A DNA stretch of 64,000 nt, from assembly GCA_965203295.1 (NCBI GenBank), contig CBDBCZ010000008.1, positions 32,001 to 96,000 of the forward strand, read 5' to 3'. The first letter of the stretch is position 1. Each line of letters starts with the position of its first letter. Origin of the DNA: Nitrospirales bacterium. Lineage in GTDB: Bacteria > Nitrospirota > Nitrospiria > Nitrospirales > UBA8639. Below are positions 22,344 through 44,800 of the stretch, in pieces. The position numbers and the translations under genes are program-made. Below the pieces are notes generated by a model, which did no database searches, was not told the origin of the DNA, and saw nothing but the letters and a program-made list of their open reading frames with translations.

Positions 22344-25300
22344 TTTACCTGGGGTTCAGAAGCCACTGGAAAAGTGTGGTCCCACTACGTTGGAATCTAC
22401 AGGGGGTGGGGCCATAGGGGGTGGGAGTGATGAGGACGACGACGACTTTGACCTCTTTGGGTCTGATGATGAGGAGGAGAAGGTGTGCATGTGTGTGTGT
22501 GTGTGTATGTGTGTGTGTGATGGGAGTGTGTACATGCATGCAAGTAGCTAGTGTTCAACAACACTTATATTGTACCAATGGGACATAGTAAGCATCTATA
22601 GCTACTAGCTGTTGGTAAACAGTGTCCATAATATATATATATATCATTTTGATTCAGCTATAGATGTATATGTTACTTTAGTGTAAACATACTGTTCTAT
22701 TTATATTCTGCCAATATACCTCCATACACACACGTAATACTATGCACAGGCTGCACAATGGCTGCAAAAGAAGAAAACCAAGAGTGAGCTCCAATTGGGG
22801 CTATAGGAGGCAGTAATTAATACATTGCTTGGTAAATAGTGCATCCGATGTAGGGGTAAGACTACTAGGTGAGTATAACTGTGCCAGAACATCATGAGCA
22901 GTTGTCAGTAGACAATGACAAGTTGAACTTGTCACAGAGCACTGTAAAAAATAAATAGTTTATTTGACTGCTAATTGGCTACCTGAGTTGCAGATGTCTG
23001 AGTATGTAGGTAGGAGTTAGGCCTCAATAGTTACTTACTTATGAAATTTAACATTTCATCAACTGTGAAATTGTTTATCTACATGGAACTCAACAAATTG
23101 GAGGACTTTACATCTATAGAATGTACACATAAATGGAATTTAAGATGAAACTCCCGCTTTTTACACTCGATGTACTTTCAATAAACTGTTACTCATGCAT
23201 ATAATAAACGCTTAAACTTTGGGCTACTCCCTTCTAGGACAGTCAATTGAGCATGGCTACTTATGCAGATAAAATACTTCATGGTTAATGAAATGTTAAA
23301 TTTCACAAGGAAGCAACTACCCTCATACTCAGACATATGGAACTCAGGTAATCAATTAGTAGGCAGAACAACTACTTGCTTTTTTTGCAGTGAGGGGCAT
23401 GGTGAAAGAAGCCTTCAGACACCAAGCCTGTTAGCTACTCCAGCGAACAGAATCTGCGCAGAATTTAACTGCTCACTGTGGAGTACAGCATATTTATTAT
23501 GTATAATTAGAGTTTAGCCCTAACTAGTTGTTATTTCATCTCATTTTTACCTTGCCTCTCCCCCCTCCCCCCGACAACCACCACCAGAGCCCAGCGTGTG
23601 GGTGGCCAAATCGAACATCATTCTGGATGTTAAGCCATGGGACGATGAGATTGGTGGGTGGGATATGTGGGTAGGGTCTTGTTTCTGTGTATAGCTGCAT
23701 TCACTCAAGTAGCTATGTAGGTTACATTAATGGGAAAGTTGGCAGGACAGTAAATTAAAGGGCTCAGAACCAGAGTAGGCCAGCATAAAATCAAACTGGG
23801 AATAATGCATGAATTGCAATTGGTTGTTGACTTGTCGAGGTTTCCAATGAGTGAACGTTACACTACATGTACCATGACCCAGATTGGTATGAAGAACATC
23901 AAGAATGCGGTAAAACATTAAATTAATGCATTGCTAATGTGTTTGGTCAATAGTGCAAAATGCTTGACCACAAACTGTGTAATTCTAATTTACTCACAAC
24001 TAATATAATGGCTCTTGGCTGTGTCCACTCATTCGAAAAACAACCCTCGGGTCAATACGACATTTCCTTTCTTACTGTGGGCATGAACAAGACAGGAGGG
24101 GCTGATTCAATGTCTGCTAGCCTACTATATGCTCCTCAGCCCTTCTATCCTGTTGACAAAATGGGCCCACAACAGGTGAACTCCAGTACCAAACCATTGT
24201 TAAACTTAAGCTAACCATTTAATGTCTTACATAATATGGCCTGCTGTCATTTCCCACTCCTACTCTAGTTTATGCACTCCTGATGGAGAATATAGTGGAC
24301 ACTACAGAATATTAGACGTGAAGTGGCAAGCTGATGTTGAAAATGGGCAGGAAAATTTATAAAATTGTCCCAATTGATAAAATGGGGTGAACATCTAGCT
24401 ACACCATCTACATACTATATACATGGAACAATGGTCTGCTGTTAACGTTTGTAATACCTTACATATAAGGCTATCATAAATCGTGTACTTTTAACAGAAT
24501 CAGATGATATAACCAGAAAATAGTTTTTGAAACAATACATGCATGTAATCATTTGACATAACTATGTGGACTTAGTCTAGTGGCCAGATGTTTTATTAGC
24601 TGTATTCCGGCTATAGTCTGCATAGTACAATAATATTACATACAGAAGCATATATGCTGTCACAGGCCACGATTTTTGCTTTATAACCCAATTATTGCTG
24701 TAGATCTTCGACATAATTATCATTCACATTGTTCATCCCTTCTAGACATGGCTGAGGTAGAGAAAATGGTGCGTTCCATTGAGCATGACGGACTGCTGTG
24801 GGGAGCATGTGAGTTTACCAACATGTACAGTCCTAAAATAAGAATTTCCATTATGTATATAAACATATATGTTGGTAGCCTGGCATCCCATGTTGTCTAC
24901 ATTAGTATGTTATAATCCTGTATACCTAGCCTGAGGAAACTTGAGAGCTGACTGACTATGTATAGCAAATTGGCTCTGGCATGGAAACCAGTGGGATCAT
25001 GAGTCTTTTTCCTCATGGCACCCTAGTAACATCGCTATCCATGAGCTCAATACAAAAGCAAAGTAGTTGTGCGATGGCTTGGGGTTATGTCTGGCCATTA
25101 ATCGGCCATCTTCTTAGCATACAAGGTATGTCAAAGCATGCATTAACGTTATTCAAGTTTCGAATGTAACAGCTGAAAGTGAAACAAATTGTGAAATATA
25201 AAATTCAATCTATAGGCTACTAGCCTCGTTCCTGCATGGGCTTAATTCCTAAAGAAACTGAGTTCTTGAGGGAGGAATATGCATACCCAATGGTGTGTTA

Positions 25301-28300
25301 CCATAACATTTCCTTCTTTGCTCAGCTAATTAGTAGCCCAGCTGATACACTGTTTCCTCCATCCCGTGACCAACAACTGTTGCTGTGAGCTATTATCAGA
25401 CCTTTCTTACTACTAAGTGTACATAGCTACATATACTCAAGTTCCATACAGCAAAAGTAATGGCTGCCTGCAGCTGTCACCTTATTTTAGATTTGAAAGG
25501 GTTCCCCAGGTTGTATTCCACGCTGCATTAGGCATTTAACCTGGAGTCCATTAACTCACAGCCTCATATTACCGCGTGACAGCCTGGACAACAATATGTA
25601 GTGTATACTGGAATCTCAGCTAGCGTTTGTATTGTAACAGTTATTTAAGTTTTGAATGTAACAGCTGAAAGTGAAATAAATTGTGAAATATAAAATTCAA
25701 TCTATAGGCTACTAGCCTTGTTCCTGCATGGGGCTTCCTAAAGGGTTCTTGAGGGAGGAATATGCATACCCAATGGTGTGTTACCATAACATTTCCTTCT
25801 TTGCTCAGCTAATTAGTAGCCCAGCTGATCCACTGTTTCCTCCATCCTGTAACTGTTGCTGTGAGCTATTATCAGCCCTTTCTTACTACTAAGTGTACAT
25901 AGCTACATTTACTCAAATTCCACACTTTAGGGCTCCCCCCCCCCCCCCCCTTTGTATTCCACGCTGCATTAAACATTTAACCTGGAGTCCATTAACTTAC
26001 AGCCTCATATTATCTCGTGACAGCTTGGACAACAATATGCAGTGTATGCTGGGATTTCAGCTAGTGTTTGTGTATTGTAACAGCATGTATGATATTTCTG
26101 ACAAAATGGTGCCTATAGCCAGAGACATAGCTACTCTCGTCAACTTGTGGTGCACAGGAATACGGTAGTTGAGAATCTGTGAGAAGTTTACTACTGATGT
26201 TTGATAGGGAAAGTTACAAGTTTTGTAGTGTTAAAACAGCCAGTCTACAAGACCAGACAAGATCAGAGCGCTGGAAGGTAATGGAGTGATCAAGCAATGC
26301 AGCCACTAGCAGCATAGGCTGTCTCTTGGTTTTCTTTAGCATCCTTTATGGTGGAACATTTCCTTTATCTTAGAAGGATTAGCTAATTCTCTGCAGAAGA
26401 GTGAGCATATCACCAACATTTTCCTCAGACTACTGATCCATTAATACAGTAGAAGCTTCTACTTCGACTAATAACCCACAACCAGTACTGTTGCACTCAC
26501 CAATGTGCATGGTGACATATACACATGTAGCCCGTGTAGCCCCCCCCCACCTCTTCCCTCACCCTATCTCTCCTCCTCCCTCTCATCCTCTCTCTTTCCC
26601 TTCCTCCTCCTCTTCCCATCTACCTCTTTCCTACCCCCCCCCCCTACCTTTAGCAAAACTTGTCCCACTAGCGTACGGCATCAAGAAGCTACAAATCAGC
26701 TGTGTGGTAGAAGACGATAAGGTACGTACGGCTGCAATAAACACTATCACAATGGAAACACAGTATGGAGTATTAAAAGAAAACTCACAAAAACAGCCCC
26801 TCGTCCCACAGCGAGTTACTGTTCCAATAATATACTGATAGTAGCAACCTGTGCAACTAATAAAGATAATTTGTTTTCACCATTAGGGTTAGTTGCTGTA
26901 CCTGCAAAAAATAATAGTACACTCCTAATTTTTTCTTTTGGAGCTAATTCACGTTGGCTCTCTTGAGGTGGTATAAGTACAAACTTATATCATTGTGATT
27001 CTTGGGCCATGAAGAGTGTTATTCTTCTGAAAACCCTTCAGAGGAGAGAGGTTCTTTCTATAAATTTTACTTGGCAGACATTTTGCACTAGTATTATACC
27101 CATTTTCTATACACCTGTTTCTCTGTTCATCTGTTTATACCTTTATAGCCAGAAAATTTGGTGATCAGCAAAGGCACAGTTTTAATTCCTGCCAAATTAA
27201 CATCTGCCAATAATATTTTGCTATAACATTACACCCATTGAACACATTGAAGCATGAAGGAATGGCGTGGTACAACTATTTTTTTAGAAAGAATGTAAGT
27301 CTGCTGAAAGACACTTAGTTCCGAAAACAGTGCAGGCAATCTTGAAGGAATATAGCGAGCAAGCCATTGATAATTTTCTTGGTGCATGGCCAACAACAGA
27401 GTCCCTTCACGTAACTACCACTGCAAAGGGATCCTCAACATTGCCACTTTCTACCTTCCACTGCTGCAGTATTTCCCCCAATGACAGAGTCCACATAGTC
27501 TTGAATTGTATTATAAATTTCAGCTCAACACAGCTTCTGAATGAGCACACAGATGACTTAAATGAATTTTTTTGCTTTGCAATCACCAATCACCAAATTT
27601 AAATTCCATGTACCAAATGGAGTATTTACAGCCAGTTGGAAGCTATTTGCAAAATGTAGCTAATTCCCGTCAAATTTTTTTTCTAGCCTTATATCTTTAC
27701 ACTTGGCAGTATATAGCTATTAGGCAAGCAATACTTCCTACGATCATTTATGGCATCTATGTTGTACTTCTGATGAATGATTCACTGATATGTCCTGCCC
27801 TGCTGTCTTCAGCTCCATGATATCCATCTTCAAAGGTTAGTATTATGAATGCCTGAGCCCACAGCAAAGAGATGTGAAGAAGCCCTGTTTGACCTGTAGT
27901 AGCTATACACGGCTTGCTTTTTAGCATTTCCATGTCATTGGTAGATGGCGGGGAGTGGAAAACGACAGTAGCTAGGCATCATCAAGCCCATCTCATGTAC
28001 TATCAAAATGTACAATAGACCACATTATAATGAGCAACTATGTAGTTAGGTTGGTTTCACTGCCATGTGTAAGTGTATATTTGGATACTTTGGTGTAGCT
28101 TCATTCCCAGGCTCTTCTGCCCAGCTTTTTTTCGCACGAAAAAAAGCTGGGCAGACCACATTATAATGAGCAACTTATGTAGTTAGGTTGGTTTCACTGC
28201 CATGTGTTAGTGTATACACTTATATATATTTGGATACTTTGGTGTAGCTTCGTTCCCAGGCTCTTCTGCCCAGCTTTTTTTCGTGCAAAAAAAGCTGGGC

Positions 28301-28560
28301 AGAAGAGCCTGGGAACGAAGCTAGTGAATAAGTCAAAATCCATACACTCATCCATTGATAGAAAGAAATTCTGATTCTGTTCGGCCTCAAGTGCCACATG
28401 ATACAAGATTTATGCTACAGGCATGCCAATAGTGATGGGGTGTAACAGTTGCAGTTTGGCTCTTGTTCTGCAGGTTGGAACAGACTTTTTGGAAGAGGCA
28501 ATTCTTGCCTATGAGGATCTCATTCAATCGGTGGATGTAGCGGCTTTCAACAAGGTGTAA
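22344..28560 (+). CDS. EEF1B2: Translation elongation factor 1-beta-like gene (C-terminal GEF half; canonical 5' exons not found, possibly a truncated or chimeric paralog)
   Basis: Exons 22344-22482, 22750-22783, 23588-23653, 24746-24808, 26654-26721 and 28474-28560 splice in frame: LPGVQKPLEKCGP...DDDDFDLFGSDDEEEK...[89 protein letters not shown]. Confidence 0.8.
25150..26083. repeat. Diverged intronic tandem duplication, two copies of ~490 bp
   Basis: gaatgtaacagctgaaagtgaaa... occurs at 25162 and 25654, followed by collinear sequence. Confidence 0.85.
28245..28323. mobile_element. Short foldback MITE of the TAGCCTCGTTCCCAGG...CCTGGGAACGAGGCTA family
   Basis: Near-perfect hairpin tagcttcgttcccaggctcttctgcccagctttttt...aaaaaagctgggcagaagagcctgggaacgaagcta. 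Related copies lie at ~13718, 16855, 31440, 32303, 36984, 39371, 40748-41031, 46067-46133 and 49883. Confidence 0.75.
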
Positions 28561-28949
28561 AATGTACTGATGCGTTTGCCTAGAAATTCTTTACACACAC
28601 AGCTGAATGGACAAATTACGTGTGTTATTGTAATTGTTTTGCAATGGAACAAAGTAATATAATACATGGCATCGACTCTTGATTCTGTAGCGACAAAGTA
28701 AGCCACCACACGTCTGTGCCGTATGAGGGAACGCTGCCCCTAGTTCATTAGTGACTATTAACCCCACCTTCTGAGTTGCAGCATGGTACTACATGTGTAG
28801 GTTATTCATGGTTGCAGTCTCGCTGCTTGCCGTTTGACGGAGCTGTGTAGTGGCAGCAGCTAGCTGTTCGCTCTCTAAATAGAATAGCTGTTCACTCAGT
28901 AAACACATCTCCACCATCCTAATGCTAGCTCCATGTAGCTATGCTGATA

Positions 28950-29203
28950 CAGTGGAACCCCTCTATTGTGGACACCTTGGGGACCTGGTAAAGAGTCCTG
29001 TATACAGAGGTTTCCTCATTTCGGGGATAGATTTAGATTTAGAAAGTATGTGTGGGACACAGCAAAGTATCCATAAAAATACAGAACTGTCCTTATTTCG
29101 GGGGTAGATTTCTAGTTTAGAAAGCATGTTTGGGACACAGCAAAGTATCCTTAATACAGAACTGTTCATATTTCAGTGGTGTCCTTCAAGAGGGGTTCCA
29201 GTG
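28950..29203. mobile_element. Tc1/mariner-pogo-type MITE
   Basis: TA-CAGTGGAACCCCTCT ... AGAGGGGTTCCAGTG-TA; same family as 39462-40567. Confidence 0.8.
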
Positions 29204-29255
29204 TATACGTATACAGACGTTATGGTCTGCTAAACCCCAGCACTTTAGTAAACCT

Positions 29256-29405
29256 GTACGTATATAGGTTTTTTAAGTGCTTAAATGGTAAAGTGCTCAG
29301 GCTCTTAGAAAACGTTGCCACAAGTCTATGCATAGACTTGTGGCAACGTTTTCTAAGAGCCTGAGCACTCTACCATTTAAGCACTTAAAAAACCTATATA
29401 CGTAC
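29256..29405. repeat. 150-bp spacer-less palindrome (75-bp arms, 1 mismatch)
   Basis: Centre at 29330/29331 (...gtctatg|catagac...). The only mismatch is 29291 versus 29370. Confidence 0.95.
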
Positions 29406-29614
29406 TGCATGATGATGTCTGAGCCGATGCATAATTTCTGTAGAACATGATTGTTACATAGCTGTTCCACAAAAAAAATGACAGTACATGAATAATAAAT
29501 GTCTGCTCTATACATGTTATATCTGCATGGTACAACTATGTTATCATTATGAACAGCCATGTACTGTGCACTACACTGCAATAAAAAAAAATAATAATGG
29601 ACGATTCTTGCTAG

Positions 29615-30652
29615 CTATCTCTTTCTTGGTGTCTGGCTCTGTACCTTTCTGACGGCTTCCAGTTCTCTCTGCAGCACCAAACAGTCTGCATTGCTGGCGG
29701 CAAGCATGTCCAGCAGTAGCTCCACCTTGTACTTGAGGAGGTTGTTCTCCTCCAAGAGTCTCAGGTTCTGCTTCTGCAGTCGGACGTAGTCCCTGGAGCC
29801 CAGGACTCCCTGGCTACCGGCTGTGGTGGACGGGTGGCAAGGGTCAAACAAGTTTACTAAGTCTTATGAGTCCATGAAGCCCACTTCAAGTTAAGCCTTG
29901 TGAGCCATGCAAGCCAGACCCTTCCTCTGCACGTGATATACAGCATGCAACATGGTCAGAATGATATGACTCACAAGGCTAGCTTTCTCTGCACATGATA
30001 TACAGCATGCAACATGGTCCGAATGATATGCAGTACTGTACATGAACCTCCGTAGGGGTAACTCTCTCTAACGAGAGCAATATGAAGGACTTAGTCGCTT
30101 AGAGTCCTATATTATAAAGAACTTAGCAGCTTAGGTTGGGGCTGGGAAGATGAGTAATAATGCAGTCTGAGCTGTCCAATTCCCATATGTAGATTACAGT
30201 TTGTGCTCCCAGATTTTTCCTGTGCCTGAAACTCATCTAGATGTGTACTAGCAGACATTTACAGATGGACTCTAGTGTAATTACTTGTGACATCATCAGA
30301 TAAACGGGTGGCATACTAAGAAGTTTCATGAGACTGCATGTGCTTTATTTGGAATAAGCTTATACCCTCTCACCAGCTATAAACTTAACCATAATTATAG
30401 CGGCTTAACTAAGGCTATTAGTGGGTCTAGCGACTTACACACGAGCCACTGCCCGTCCTCAAATGAGACCTCGTGGTCGCCCAGCTTCATTGCGATCGCA
30501 GGTTGGTGTCCTTCTCTCTCCGTGTGCTCCAGCCTCATGCTGTCGGCAGACAAGATCGAGTCTTCCAAGTGAGAGATATTAGGGAGAGACTCCGCCTTTC
30601 TCCGGGGAGGCTTTTTAGGAGTTCTAAAAGACGATCTTGAAAACAGCGGCAT
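29615..30652 (-). CDS. CBY1: Protein Chibby homolog, 2 exons, 139 aa
   Basis: Exons 30652-30439 and 29820-29615 give MPLFSRSSFRTPKKPPRRKAESLPNISHL...MKLGDHEVSFEDGQWLV...RLLEENNLLKYKVELLLDML, matching Chibby motifs. Confidence 0.93.
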
Positions 30653-30700
30653 GTCTACAGTCTTTTTTTGCCAGGTGCACGGTGGGAGTTGTCAATATCT

Positions 30701-30714
30701 GTTACTATGGCAAC
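30701..30714. promoter_or_regulatory. RFX X-box in the CBY1/SCPEP1 bidirectional promoter
   Basis: GTTACTATGGCAAC fits the X-box consensus GTTNCCATGGNAAC and lies ~50 bp upstream of the ciliary gene CBY1. The divergent ATGs are 158 bp apart. Confidence 0.75.
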
Positions 30715-30810
30715 AACCAGCTAATAAGCTTATAGCGCGCGCTATATAGATTAGCTGCGTGCTGTGTCTAATTATCCGAGCTGCAGAAAATATTTCCCCT
30801 GCATTGAACT

Positions 30811-41514
<10,704 letters not shown>

Positions 41515-41870
41515 GGCCTCAACATTAAAGGAAAAACTCCTTTCTTGTGTTTCAGAAATTTTACATGATTGTACATACATGTACATGTACCTATATTATA
41601 CGTATGTACCCAGATTCCGCTGCGGGGTCATAAATCCCCCGGCCACTTCCCAGTGTGTTATATAAAGTAAAAATATTTATCTACATGTGTATACATGTAG
41701 TCTGCGGCGCACGAAGTTTATATTTTTTTACGCGAGTCACCCCGGAAATTAATTAGGTGCGTACGTCGTAATTAGGTTTGCCTTTAATACTTAAAGACCT
41801 GAGAGTGCACGACATCTCAGATCGGAAATCAGTCAGCGTGTGGCTGCGGCTAGTTTGTGCCTAAGACGCC

Positions 41871-44800
41871 ATGGCTAGATTGTGTGCTGGTCTCGTCCTA
41901 CCCTACCTACTGATCACTTTTCTGGGTTGGAGCATCTACCCTGGCAAGACGGACGGCGGATCTAAGAGTGAGTTGACCACAGACTAGACGGCGATTGACC
42001 CACAGGCGGCGTATATTTTTTTCTAACCTAAAGTATGTCGTAAATTTAGGCCATCACTAAGACATGTGGGGAAGAGGGTAGAGTACCAGGGTTTCAATGC
42101 TGGGGGTACACTCCCCGAAATATTTTGAGAGGCCATCTGGCGGCTTCTGAGGCTACTGTGCAGAGGAGCTTCAGTGCGAGGCTCGATTCAGTGACGTGAA
42201 ACTTGCATCTGTTTTAAGGTGAAAGCTCCCCCCCCCCCCCCCCCCCAATCCCCTCACTGGATGTAACCCTGGGTACTTAATGCTTCAAGGATCAGTCACG
42301 TCACTTGCATAAGTGGAAGTAAATCAAAGTTTGCGAGGTAGAAGGCAGCCTCCCATCCGCTTTCCAGTAGCGTACCAGACACTACATGTATCGCTTTCCC
42401 ACGAGCCAGACTTTGACACAAGGAACGTGCACTACTGGCACAAAACATAAGTGTGGCAATGCATGTTGCAACAACTATTAAGAATTTAAAAGTACTTGCA
42501 CAGACATGTCTTTGCAAATGAGGACTGCAAAGCAATTAGTGATGACCTTACAGGTCAGGTGGCCCTATTGTACTGTAGAAATTTGTGGGGAGTGAGCCTG
42601 TGTGAGATTCAAGTTAGCCATGTTTAAATTATAGAATCTTGCATTGTACAAGTAGTTCTTTACCGTCTTATGGTACACCTGTGCAGCTATTTGTAAGCGT
42701 TATTTTCACCCGAGTGTCGCAGAAAACGGCAGTCTCAATCCTGTATCCAATACCGGTGTAGTGCGTACTGTCGAGTCTTTCATCAGCTAGTGCCCATTGC
42801 CCAATACAGGCAGACATGCATGTAGACATGTGTACAGCATTGTGCTATTCATGTTGTACATGAAGTGGAAATGATGTAATACCATTTTTGCTGACTAACA
42901 TACCCTAGCGTGGCTTCATGGCAGGCATGCCTTGTTGCATGTGTGTAGTGGCCTCGTACCCAGGCCTCCCTCTCAGCTCTTTTTATGGCCAGCCCTCACA
43001 GTTTTTTCCCGCTATGTGTGTAGCTTTTATTGTCAATACCAGTATAGTGCGTACTGTTGATTCTTCCATCAGCTAGTGCCCATTGCCCAATACAGGCAGA
43101 CATGCATGTAGACATGTGTACAGCATTGTGCTATTCATGTTGTACATGAAGTGGAAATGATGTAATACCATTTTTGCTGACTAACATACCCTAGCGTGGC
43201 TTCATGGCAGGCATGCCTTGTTGCATGTGTGTAGTGGCCTCGTACCCAGGCCTCCCTCTCAGCTCTTTTTATGGCCAGCCCTCACAGTTTTTTTCCCCCC
43301 GCTATGTGTGTAGCTTTTAATGTCATTTCTTGCTTGATCTTCTGTTTCTCCAGCCACATTACCTCTACAATTTTGCACGAAATTGCATATGTTTAGCCGC
43401 TTTACTGCATAAGCTGGCACAGATAGGCTCCGAACTGCTGCTAAACTGCAATGTAATTGATTACATAGTTTTCATTAACCAACACTGGTAGAAGATTTTG
43501 GGCCAAAAATCAAGAAGCTATATAGCTGCTGGGCATGTTTACAATTTCATTATCTATGGTTTAGTGAGGGAAGGGCTTGTGAGTGCTGCTTGGTGGTGTG
43601 GTCAGGAAGCCCTCTCTCAAGCTCCTAGGGCTGTGTATACTGTCATGTGTGTACATGTGCTTTTAAGGTTATCTGTAATCTGACCTGCCACAGACTCAGA
43701 CTTAATTGCTGAGACAGCATTCTGACCACATGCATGCACACTTCTTGTGTAGGTCATTCACCCTGAACGCTTTCAGTATGCTAGCCTTTGATCAATTTGC
43801 AGTACCATGTTTACTTGTAGGCACAATAGGCATTAAAGCAATTGGCATGTGTGACATTGTGCATCTGATAGTAAGAGAGGAACAATAGCAGACTTCCTTA
43901 CTGGGCATGCATAATCTCATACTATTCTATCCAGTTCTTTAACTGGTTTATTAAACTGGTTTAAACGCCCAGTGCACATTTAAAATACAAGTAGAGAAGT
44001 GATTTAGCATCCTGCAGCATGGAATGATCTAGTGTACACATGGGTGAATGAACAGGATCCAACGTCTATTCAGCCTATACAACTCATTGAACTACTCAAC
44101 CCAAACCAGGGCCACTCTAAACACTACCAAATATATGCAAGAGGGTGCAGGTCACAAGGTCAAGGGGTCAAGAGGTGTATTTCTGTATGATCAAATGGCC
44201 AAGATCCATTTTGAAAGACAGTCAAAGTAGTCAACATGATTTTTGACCCTGGTCTTAGCTATGACTACAGTGTATATTGGAGTGACCACCCCTTGAGCAA
44301 TTCTATCCAATACCTAACAAATTTACTACAGATACTCACTCTTTCCATAGAATAGAAAGTGTTTAAATTGTTGATGACAGACAGCCTCACTGAAACAAGT
44401 GTGTCCTTTGGTCATATATACCTGCTTGTGCGTGCATGTACATGCATGTTGTGAAATTATGTATTCTTGGCATTGAATTTTGAACCCTGGTAGGAGTGGA
44501 AGCTCAAAGGTCATGTTTACATCATGAAAGTTTGTTTATAGTAAAGTTGTAATCTTGGTTTACTTTGCAGATTTTGCCAACAATGTCCAAGCAGTAGCAA
44601 TTGAAGATAGCGACAATGGATTGGAAGTTGTTTGGACATCATCAATCGAGTTTAAAAGTGGTCTCCCACCGAACAATTTGACACTACCGGATCAACGCAT
44701 TGCACGGGAGTGTGGCAAGGACCTCTGCAATCTAGTTGTTGTTGTAAACAATTCTGTGCTTTTCGCTGTTAGTGATGGGGTCTTATTTGTGAAGTTTACG

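Noticed and set aside
29176..29581. Two opposite-strand ORFs sharing the same C-terminal peptide
   Set aside because: A direct consequence of the 150-bp palindrome; no evidence of coding.
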